This document shows positions 1 to 30,111 of a stretch of DNA of 64,000 bases, piece after piece. Positions within the stretch are counted from its first letter, which is position 1, and each line of letters opens with the position of its first letter. Source of the stretch: an uncultured Acidobacteriota bacterium (GTDB lineage Bacteria > Acidobacteriota > Thermoanaerobaculia > Multivoradales > UBA5704). The notes below the pieces were generated by a model. That model did not search any database. It was given only the letters and a program-made list of their open reading frames with translations, and had not been told where the DNA came from. The stretch covers positions 896,001 through 960,000 of the forward strand of contig CAVYRF010000001.1 of the NCBI GenBank assembly GCA_963770895.1, read 5' to 3'. The translations under genes were made by a program, and so were the position numbers.

Positions 1-22665
<22,665 letters not shown>

Positions 22666-22746
22666 CGGCGAGGGCATAGAATGGGCGGAAGTTTTGCTCC
22701 GACCCTGCTCGCGAGGGGCCGCATTTGGCAAGGAAAGGATTTGACC

Positions 22747-23364
22747 ATGCGTCGGATCTATCTCGCGTGGGCAGGCTGCGTCGGGCTCATGGTTTCACTG
22801 GCAGGCTGTGCCAGCGCCGGCCCTCCAGACCTACCAGCCGCCGCCGCAACCGGAGCGGCGGCGCAGCCGCTCATCACCTACTGCGATCTCATCGCCTCAC
22901 CGCGCAAGTACCTCGGCAAGGAAGTGCGCGTTGTGGGCATCTATCGGGTTGGCTTCGAGTGGCAACAGATGTACTCGACCCGCTGCCTGGATGGCTACAC
23001 CACGTGGGTCGAATGGCACGGCGGCACCTGCGCCGATCTCCTTCCGCCGGAGAAGCCGGCAACCGGACCCTCCAAGGCGGCTTCCAAGCAAACAGACGGC
23101 GACTTGCCCGCTCTTTCGGAGAGCACCATGGGCATGATCGCCCGCGGCATCCTCACCGGCGGCGACGGTTTCGGGTACGGACACCTCAACAGCTATACCT
23201 TTCAGTTCGACCTGAGCTGCGTCGAACACCTCGAGGTGCTCGACGATCGCTCCTACCATCCCTCCTCTCTCACGGGAGGAATGAAGCGCAAATATGAAAA
23301 ATTCCTGGCAAGAACAGACCCGGCCAAGGTAAAGCCACCCCAGGCCAATCCGCCGCCGCCCTGA
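22747..23364 (+). CDS. Hypothetical lipoprotein, possibly with an OB-fold-like domain
   Basis: ATG 22747 follows AAGGAAAGGA. Signal MRRIYLAWAGCVGLMVS then lipobox LAG-C (Cys at 22807). CDLIASPRKYLGKEVRVVG resembles OB-fold lipoprotein starts. Confidence 0.75.
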   Translation: MRRIYLAWAGCVGLMVSLAGCASAGPPDLPAAAATGAAAQPLITYCDLIASPRKYLGKEVRVVGIYRVGFEWQQMYSTRCLDGYTTWVEWHGGTCADLLPPEKPATGPSKAASKQTDGDLPALSESTMGMIARGILTGGDGFGYGHLNSYTFQFDLSCVEHLEVLDDRSYHPSSLTGGMKRKYEKFLARTDPAKVKPPQANPPPP

Positions 23365-23469
23365 ACATGGAGCAGCCATGAGACAGGACGCCGCGGGCCG
23401 CCAACCTCAACGATGCGGAACTGCTGAAGTGATCCGTGCGGCCATCCGACGCGGCGCGCGGCGGGGCGG

Positions 23470-25038
23470 TCAACGGGTGTCGAAGTGCAGCGGCGCCGGA
23501 TGCTGCGCGCAGGCGGTGTTCAGGCCCTGGGCAGTGCCGCGGGCGATGAAGTCGGCGATGAGCCGCTGGGTGCAGGTGGAGTCGGAGGCGTGGGCGCCGC
23601 TTGGAATGATGACCAGCTGGCCGCGGGTGAAGTTCGCGGCCACGGCGGCGGCGTCGGTCGGCGGCGTGACCGGGTCGCGCTCGCCGGCGATCAGCAGGGC
23701 GGGCACGGTGGAGGAGGGCAGGGTGGCCGGCCCCGCGGGTTTGGGGGCGTGCGGCCAGACGGCGCAGACGGCCAGCTGTTCGCGGACGCGATCGTCGCCG
23801 TAGAAGGTGCCGGCGGTCAGCTGCGGGATGGTGGCGGGATCGATGCGCGACAGGTCTTCGGCGCAGGTGACCGAGAACAGGAGGCCCAGCGCCAACTCCT
23901 GCTGCAGCGCCATGCGCACCTCGACCGCCGCCAGCGCCAGATGGCGCAGGTCGCCACCGGCGGCCCGGTGCACCCATAGCGGCAGGTGCGCCGCTTCCGA
24001 CGAGTAGAGCGAAAAGCGCATGGCATCGGCGGCGGCCGAACGGGTGAGGGTCACGGTCACCGGCTTGGGCCGGTCGGGAATGGCGATGGTGACGTGCGCC
24101 GGTTGCTGCGCCAGGCGAGCCAGAACCTGTGCCGCCTCGTCGGCGAAGTGCGGAAAGGCGGCGTGGCAGGCGCCGTCGTGCGCGCAGTCGCGGGCCAGCA
24201 GCTCCAGGCCCTGTTGCGCGTTGCGCGCGTGGTAGAGCGGCGACGGGTCGGCATAGCGGGCGACGCTTTCGAGCACCACGCTGCGCACGCTCTCCGGGTG
24301 GCGCGCGATGAAGACCTGCGACGCCAGGGTGCCGTAGGAGGTGCCGATCAGGTTCACCTGACCGTAGCCGAGGTAGCGGCGGACGTCTTCCAGGTCGTCC
24401 ATCGCCGCGGCCGTGGTGTAGAGGGCAAGGTCCGCATGCTGGCGCAGCTGGTCGCGGCAGGTCTCCACCGCGTCGAGCGGAAAGATGTGGTCGAGGCGGG
24501 TGCCGTCTCCCCATATCTTGCATGTCAGCGGATTGGAGCCGCCGGTGCCGCGGGTGTCGACCAGGACGATGTCGCGCCGCCGCCGTAGCGGGTCGCGCGC
24601 CGGGTCCGGCGCCGAGTCGACCGCGCCCTCGCCGGGGCCGCCGTTGATGATGAAGACCGGGTCCGGCTCGGGCCGGGCGGCCAGCGCCGGCAGCACGGCG
24701 ATACGCAGCGCGATCTTGCGCCCCGCTTGCGCGTCGCGGTTTTCGTAGACCTCGAACGAGCCGCAGAAGGCGCCCCCCTTGACGTCCGGCAGGGTGCAGG
24801 GCTGCAGCTTGCCCTGCCAGGGCGCGTGGGCGCGCGCGGGTGCCGCGGCCGGCGTGGCCGCCGCGGTCGCGGCGGTGGACACAACCGCGGCGCCGATGGT
24901 AAGGGCCGCCGCGGTCGCCAGGGTCATCGCGCCCGCCCGGCGCCCGCGCCGACCGCGCACGCTTGCACCGGTACCGGCACGCCTGGTCCCGATGGCGTCG
25001 GCGGCGTCGGCGGCGAGGATCGGCGTGTGGGCTCGCAT
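23470..25038 (-). CDS. Secreted alpha/beta hydrolase, tripeptidyl-aminopeptidase (TAP)-like peptidase; start may be ATG 24927
   Basis: INGGPGEG, VDTRGTGGS, nucleophile GTSYG, C-terminal GERDPVTP (Asp) and GAH (His), paired Cys; Ala-rich signal peptide. Confidence 0.88.
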   Translation of the reverse strand: MRAHTPILAADAADAIGTRRAGTGASVRGRRGRRAGAMTLATAAALTIGAAVVSTAATAAATPAAAPARAHAPWQGKLQPCTLPDVKGGAFCGSFEVYENRDAQAGRKIALRIAVLPALAARPEPDPVFIINGGPGEGAVDSAPDPARDPLRRRRDIVLVDTRGTGGSNPLTCKIWGDGTRLDHIFPLDAVETCRDQLRQHADLALYTTAAAMDDLEDVRRYLGYGQVNLIGTSYGTLASQVFIARHPESVRSVVLESVARYADPSPLYHARNAQQGLELLARDCAHDGACHAAFPHFADEAAQVLARLAQQPAHVTIAIPDRPKPVTVTLTRSAAADAMRFSLYSSEAAHLPLWVHRAAGGDLRHLALAAVEVRMALQQELALGLLFSVTCAEDLSRIDPATIPQLTAGTFYGDDRVREQLAVCAVWPHAPKPAGPATLPSSTVPALLIAGERDPVTPPTDAAAVAANFTRGQLVIIPSGAHASDSTCTQRLIADFIARGTAQGLNTACAQHPAPLHFDTR

Positions 25039-25117
25039 GATCGTGCTCAGCTCATCGTACGTACCATCTGCGCGAAGGTTTCTTCGGCCCCGAGCCGGGT
25101 GTTTCAGCCCGGCGCCG

Positions 25118-26098
25118 TCAGCTTGCTGCCGGGCTGAGCTTGAGGAGGGGCCGGGTGAGCTCGGTGCGCCAGGCCGCCGGATCGGGGTCGCTGTGCGGGT
25201 CGATCGTGTAAACCTCCCAGAGGTCGGGCGCCGGCGCGTGCGCCGCCGCCGCGACCCAGGCGTCGAAAGCGCCCCAGGCTGCGCCCAGCCCTTCGTAGGA
25301 GCCGCAATAGACCGTCCGCGCGGCGAGCCCGGCCGGCCACTCGCCCGGCTGGACGCGCCCGGTGGGGGCGATGGGGGCGGCGACCGGGACGCCGATCTGG
25401 AAGTCGAAGATGCCGGGTTCCATGCGCAGGTGGTGGGAGAACCAGGGGCCGGTGGCGGCGACGCCCTGTGCGGCGATCGCCTGGCGCAACTCGCTCAGGC
25501 CCGGCCCCATCACCGTCTGGATCTCGCTGCGCGGTATGGTGAGGTGGAGGACGGCGATGGTCCGCGGCGTCATTTGCACGATCTGCGGCTCGGTGAGGCC
25601 GGCTGCGTCGACACCGGCCTGGGACGCCAGCAGCTCGGCCAGCAGGTTGTAGCTGGCCGCCACGCCCTGCTCCATGCCGGTGCGCAGGGCGGCGTCGCGC
25701 GCCTCGCCCGACTCGTACAGGACGGTGAGGGTAAGCGTGGTGACGCCGTCGCGCTCGGCCAGCTCCAGGGTGCGCAGCGCCTGCCCCGGATACCACGCCT
25801 GGTCGAACCGCTCCGTCGACACGATGCGCTCGGGGGGGACGATCTGACGAAATTCACCGCTGACGCCCATCTCGGTGCCCTCGGCGTTGCGCCAGACCAT
25901 GCGGTAGCTGCCGCCGACCCGCGCGTCCACCTGGCACACCGGCATCGTCCATCCCGGCGGCCCGAGCAGCCAGCGCTGCAGCAGATCGGGTCGGGTCTGG
26001 GCGGCAAACACGTGCACGCGCGGCGCGTCGAAGGCGCGCGTGATGACGATCTCGCGCTCGCCGTGCGCTGTCAGGGTCAGCTCTCGAGGGGTCTTCAT
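25118..26098 (-). CDS. SRPBCC/AHSA1 domain fused to a GyrI-like small-molecule-binding domain
   Basis: Start MKTPRELT (ATG 26098, GGAG upstream) overlaps the ArsR stop. EIVITRAFDAPR...RWLLGPPGWTMPVC...PPERIVSTERF is AHSA1-like; the C-terminal half (GSYEGLGAAW, WEVYTIDP...WRTEL) is GyrI-like. Confidence 0.88.
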   Translation of the reverse strand: MKTPRELTLTAHGEREIVITRAFDAPRVHVFAAQTRPDLLQRWLLGPPGWTMPVCQVDARVGGSYRMVWRNAEGTEMGVSGEFRQIVPPERIVSTERFDQAWYPGQALRTLELAERDGVTTLTLTVLYESGEARDAALRTGMEQGVAASYNLLAELLASQAGVDAAGLTEPQIVQMTPRTIAVLHLTIPRSEIQTVMGPGLSELRQAIAAQGVAATGPWFSHHLRMEPGIFDFQIGVPVAAPIAPTGRVQPGEWPAGLAARTVYCGSYEGLGAAWGAFDAWVAAAAHAPAPDLWEVYTIDPHSDPDPAAWRTELTRPLLKLSPAAS

Positions 26099-26595
26099 CG
26101 GTGGTCTCTCCTGGAGCGCCGGGTGCGCTCCCCTGGGTGGATTGAGGTCGGGACCGGCCCTGAGCCGGGGGCCGCGCTTGCGGCCGGGCTCGGCGCCGGA
26201 CTTGCGGATGGGCCGGGGTTTGAGCTGGCAGGCGGAGCTTCGCGCTGGATCTCTTCGAGCAGCGCATCGAGGCGCTGGAAGCTGGCGTCCCAGAACTGCC
26301 GGTAGCGCTCCAGCCACTCGCTCGCGGCGGCCAGCGGCTGCGCTTCGAGCCGCCGCGGCCGGCGCTGCGCGTCGCGCCCGCGCGAGATCAGGCCGGCGCG
26401 CTCCAGCACCTTGAGGTGCTTGGAGATCGCCGGCTGAGTCAGGTCGAACGGCGCCGCCAGCTCGGTCACCGACGCCGCGCCCGCGGCGAGGCGCGCCAGG
26501 ATCGCCCGCCGCGTGGGATCGGCCAGCGCGGCGAACGTGGCATCCAGGTGCCGGTCGAGTGGCGGGGGTGACGTTCCATAACCATACAGTTCCAT
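26095..26595 (-). CDS. ArsR/SmtB-family transcriptional regulator; start uncertain
   Basis: LDATFAALADPTRRAILARL...SVTELAAPFDLTQPAISKHLKVLERAGLI is the classic winged HTH of ArsR-SRPBCC pairs; Pro/Ala-rich tail. Confidence 0.92.
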   Translation of the reverse strand: MELYGYGTSPPPLDRHLDATFAALADPTRRAILARLAAGAASVTELAAPFDLTQPAISKHLKVLERAGLISRGRDAQRRPRRLEAQPLAAASEWLERYRQFWDASFQRLDALLEEIQREAPPASSNPGPSASPAPSPAASAAPGSGPVPTSIHPGERTRRSRRDHR

Positions 26596-26636
26596 AACCG
26601 TATGGTGATATAGAGGCGACGCCTTGTCAAGGCGCC
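26573..26636 (-). promoter_or_regulatory. Putative ArsR operator and promoter
   Basis: GTTCCATAACC direct repeat (26573-26583, 26589-26599), imperfect palindrome ATAACC-GTAT-GGTGAT (26594-26609), and a minus-strand TTGACA (26630-26625) inside the palindrome CGCCTTG-T-CAAGGCG. AT-rich island in GC-rich DNA. Confidence 0.55.
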
Positions 26637-26658
26637 GCCGGCAAACGCGGCGAACGCC

Positions 26659-28743
26659 TCAACTTGCGGGCTGCGGTGCCAGTGCGAACAGACCGCCGCC
26701 GCCCTCGACACCGGCGTAGACCGTGCCGGTCGTCGCGTCGACGGCCAGGGTCAGCGCCGCGGCCGCGGGAAGGCCGGTGCCAAGCGGCGCCCAGGTGGCG
26801 CCGCGGTCGTACGCAGCGAACACGCCCTGCGCCGTGGCGGCATACAGGGGCGGCGCCTGACCGCCGCTGCCGGGCACCGGGCCGGCGACGATGCGGTTGA
26901 CGCCGGCGGGGAGGCCGGTACCCAGCGGCGACTGCCAGGTCTGGCCGCCGTCGGCGCTCGCGGTGGTGGTGCCGTCCTGGAGCACGCCGTACAGGCGCGA
27001 GGGCTGCTGCGGATCGATGGCGAGATCCAGGAAGCTGGCGGCGCTGTCCAGCAGGCTCCAGGTCTGATTGCCGTCGGTCGACTTCATCAGAGAGCCCGCC
27101 TCGCCGACATAGATCGTCCGCGCGTCGCCCGGATCGAGGCGCACGAACCAGCCGGCGGGGCCGGGGTAGCCGAAGGGGAACACGAACGTCGGCAGGTTGA
27201 AGTTGTAAACCCAGGTGACGCCGCCGTCGGTGCTGGTGGCAACGTACGGGGAGCAGCTGTAGGGGCACGGCCGGATGTCCGGCTCGATTGCGTAACCGGC
27301 CGCGTACAGCGTCAGCGGCGCCGACGGCACCTGTGCGACGTCCAGGGCATAGCCCTGCAGCGTCGCCAGCGTCGGCCACGTGGCCCCCGCATCCGCGGTG
27401 TGCAGCAGCGGTGTCGCCGCAAAGAAGAAACCGTCGATCACGGGACCCTGCTGCCCGGCCAGTGCATAGGCGGCGCCGGCGGCGGCGGCGTCGGCCAGGA
27501 GGCGCACCACACCCTGCTGCGGCAGGCCGCCGGCGGCGCGCCAGCTGGCGCCGGCGTCGGCGCTCACCCGCAGTGTCGTGGCCGGCAGGTCGACCGGGAG
27601 GCCCCCAGCTTGCAACGCCGCCTGCGGGGCGAGCAGCGCGTCAGCGTAGATCGCGCCGGCGCCATGGGCATCGACCGCCAGCGCCGTGGTCGCGGTGGCA
27701 GCGATGGCGCCGAGCTGCGGCGGCGCGGCGCCCGCCGCGAAGGTGCCGTGCCACACACCACCGTCCGGCGTGGACGCGACATAGGCGCGCTGTGGGCGGA
27801 GCGGGTCGCCGGTGACGGCGGTCAACAGCGAGCCGGCGAAAGTGAAGGTCCATGTCGCGCCGCCGTCGGCGCTCTTCCACAGCCGTCCGCGCGCCTTGTC
27901 GGTCGCCGCCCAGACGGTGCCGGGAGCCCCCGCGGCGAAACCGACTGCGGTGTAGGTGCCGCGAGGCAAACCGGCCACCGGCGCCCAGGTGCCGCCGCCG
28001 TTGCGGCTGACGAACACCGCGGCGTCGGTGGCGGCGTAGACGGTGCCCGGATGCGTGGGATCGGCGGCCAGGTTCAGCAGGTGCGTCACGCCGGGGAGCG
28101 TGCCCCGGCGCCACTGCCTGCCGCCGGTGCGGCTGACCAGGATCAGCCCTCCAAGGTCGCTGCCGCCGGTGCCGTAATAGACGTGCAGCGGTGAGCCGGC
28201 ATCCACCGCCAGGGCGGCCGGAGCCGGTAAGCTGTAGGGGAGCACCTCCACCACGGTCCACGAATCGCCGCCGTCGTCGCTGCGATACACGCTGGCGCTG
28301 TCGGCCGCGTACAGCGTCGCCGGCGCTCCCGGCGCCAGCGCCAGCGCCGTCGGCACGTCGGGGAAGCCGGTCGCACGCCAGGTCGCCGCGCCGTCGTCCG
28401 AGCGGAACAGGCCGCGTTCGCTGCCGGCATAGAGCGTCGTGTCCCCCGGCGCCACCGCCAGCAGCGCGACGTCGAGCCCCAGCAGCCCGTCGTTGGCCGC
28501 CTGCCAGCTGGCGCCGCGGTCGACGGTGCGGAACACGCCGCCATACGCGGTGCCGGCGTAGACGGTCGGCGAGCCGCTGGCCGCCGCCAGCACCTGCACG
28601 CGGCTGCCGCCGGGCGAGAGCGGCGTCCACACCCCCGCAGCGCCGGCGGCGCTCACGCCCTGGAATGAACCTGCAAGGATCGCCGCGCCAATCAGCAGCG
28701 GAAGCGAACCGCGTCGTACGTGAAGTCCGATCGTTCTGGCCAT
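26659..28743 (-). CDS. Secreted BNR/Asp-box (YCF48/VPS10-like) beta-propeller repeat protein
   Basis: Signal peptide plus many S/T-x-D-G-G-x-T/S-W Asp-boxes (TVDRGASW, SDDGAATW, SDDGGDSW, SRNGGGTW, SADGGATW, STDGGVTW, SADGGQTW). Confidence 0.88.
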   Translation of the reverse strand: MARTIGLHVRRGSLPLLIGAAILAGSFQGVSAAGAAGVWTPLSPGGSRVQVLAAASGSPTVYAGTAYGGVFRTVDRGASWQAANDGLLGLDVALLAVAPGDTTLYAGSERGLFRSDDGAATWRATGFPDVPTALALAPGAPATLYAADSASVYRSDDGGDSWTVVEVLPYSLPAPAALAVDAGSPLHVYYGTGGSDLGGLILVSRTGGRQWRRGTLPGVTHLLNLAADPTHPGTVYAATDAAVFVSRNGGGTWAPVAGLPRGTYTAVGFAAGAPGTVWAATDKARGRLWKSADGGATWTFTFAGSLLTAVTGDPLRPQRAYVASTPDGGVWHGTFAAGAAPPQLGAIAATATTALAVDAHGAGAIYADALLAPQAALQAGGLPVDLPATTLRVSADAGASWRAAGGLPQQGVVRLLADAAAAGAAYALAGQQGPVIDGFFFAATPLLHTADAGATWPTLATLQGYALDVAQVPSAPLTLYAAGYAIEPDIRPCPYSCSPYVATSTDGGVTWVYNFNLPTFVFPFGYPGPAGWFVRLDPGDARTIYVGEAGSLMKSTDGNQTWSLLDSAASFLDLAIDPQQPSRLYGVLQDGTTTASADGGQTWQSPLGTGLPAGVNRIVAGPVPGSGGQAPPLYAATAQGVFAAYDRGATWAPLGTGLPAAAALTLAVDATTGTVYAGVEGGGGLFALAPQPAS

Positions 28744-29344
28744 GATGCCCCCATGAGCGACCCCGCCGTCATCCGGCAATGTCGCCGAAGCTCAAGTGCT
28801 GCCCTTTGTCCAGGTCTACGCACCGCCGCCGGCCGGTGTCCAAAGCGGCCAGGCCGGGTTGGCGTGAGCCCTCAGCACGCCAGGTAGACCCAAGCGCGGC
28901 GGAATCTCCAGCCAGGGCCGTCCGCAAAGCCAGCTCCCAAGCCAGCTCCGTGACATGCAATCAAGGTTGTGTCTGCAATCACTGCACACTTCGAATCCGA
29001 TCTCAGCGGGGGCACTGGCACTCGGTTCGATAGGGCTGTCCCTCTGGTGTAGCGGCAAGCTGAGCTAGCTGCCAGAGCTTGAAGATGGGAGCCTTTTGCG
29101 CAACCTTGTAGCTGGCGGCACTCATGGTTGCAGCCGGCAGTGCCTCTTCGAGCTGCTGCCACCGACATCCCGGGTCCGCTTGATCTGCGAGCCAGGACAC
29201 CGGAGGTCTCACGCTCGGGGATGAACCTGCGTGAGCCTCCCGTGTTGGCGGGCGCCAGGCGAGGCGCGCGAGCTGGTCCAGCACCGCCGGCGACGCCGCG
29301 AACGCCGCCTACCGGCGGTCTGCTGTTAAGCGCGGATCATTCTG

Positions 29345-29509
29345 TTATTCGCAGATCACTTTGCAGCTGCCGCAGATCGTCACCGTACAGTGCACCGAAC
29401 ATGGATCGCCAGTGATGAGCGCGCCGCCGGCGCGACCCAGATCGGTCCTCTCAAGACCTGCCAGCGTCTCCCGATGGAGCGTCAGTCGCGTGGTCGAGGA
29501 CTTTTTCAT
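29345..29509 (-). CDS. 54-aa RiPP precursor-like peptide (lanthipeptide-type): MKKSSTTRLTLHRETLAGLERTDLGRAGG-ALITGDPCSVHCTVTICGSCKVICE
   Basis: ATG 29509 with strong RBS AAGGAGAGGAG. Leader has MKK...LxLHRETL and a GG; the core has 5 Cys and 5 Ser/Thr. Confidence 0.78.
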   Translation of the reverse strand: MKKSSTTRLTLHRETLAGLERTDLGRAGGALITGDPCSVHCTVTICGSCKVICE

Positions 29510-29544
29510 CGCTCTCCTCTCCTTTTCGAAGGTGCTGCATCCAG

Positions 29545-29572
29545 ATCCTATCTCAGCTCGCCGACGCCGCAA
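29545..29572 (-). promoter_or_regulatory. Possible sigma70-type promoter for the precursor peptide gene
   Basis: TTGCGG (29572-29567), 16 nt, TAGGAT (29550-29545), about 35 nt upstream of the ATG. Confidence 0.3.
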
Positions 29573-29647
29573 CGTTTCGTGCTCACGCGCAAAGCCCTTC
29601 TGTCAGAGGTCCTGAAGCCAGAAGTTTTGGCCTGGACACGTCGCTAT

Positions 29648-29920
29648 TCAAGCGCGGATGGAGACGGCTTGCGCGATGGTCGTGATCGGGCCGCTGGCGA
29701 TCTGGGCCGTGTCCAGGATATCGATCTCTCCGAAGTTGGCGGTGTGGGGCAGCGCGCCGGCGAGGGTCTGGCAGGGCAGCGCGCGGGTGCACGGATTGGT
29801 GTCGCTGCCCAGCCCTGACAGATAGGTGCGGGACGAAACCTGGGCCCAGGCCTGCTGGGTGCAAAGGGCGAGGCAGGAGAGACCGATCAATAGGGCGCGT
29901 TTCATGGACAGAGTGCTCAT
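29648..29920 (-). pseudogene. Truncated N-terminal fragment of a secreted parallel beta-helix (pectin-lyase-like) protein
   Basis: Signal peptide ending AWA-Q, then RTYLSGLGSDTNPCTRALPCQTLAGAL...GEIDILD, matching the RTWVSGVGDDANPCSRTAPCKT N-cap of much longer beta-helix proteins; stops after 90 aa. RBS AGGAGG upstream. Confidence 0.6.
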
Positions 29921-30111
29921 CGCGGACCTCCTGGCGCAAGAGGCGCCGAAGGTAGGGCAGAGGTGAATTCCTCGAATAGACCCACGGGCAAGGCTGGGAT
30001 TCCCAATCGGACTGTGAGATCATCATCGGACAACAATCTGCTGAGTCATGTTGCTGGATAGTGAAGCGGGGCCGTTTGCAAAACAGCAACGACTGAACAC
30101 CGGAGGCGTCC

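Noticed and set aside
28769-29284. Two same-frame minus ORFs separated by three in-frame TGA codons within 45 nt (readthrough or selenoprotein idea)
   Set aside because: No recognisable protein motif, RBS or SECIS-like evidence; more likely non-coding or decayed DNA.
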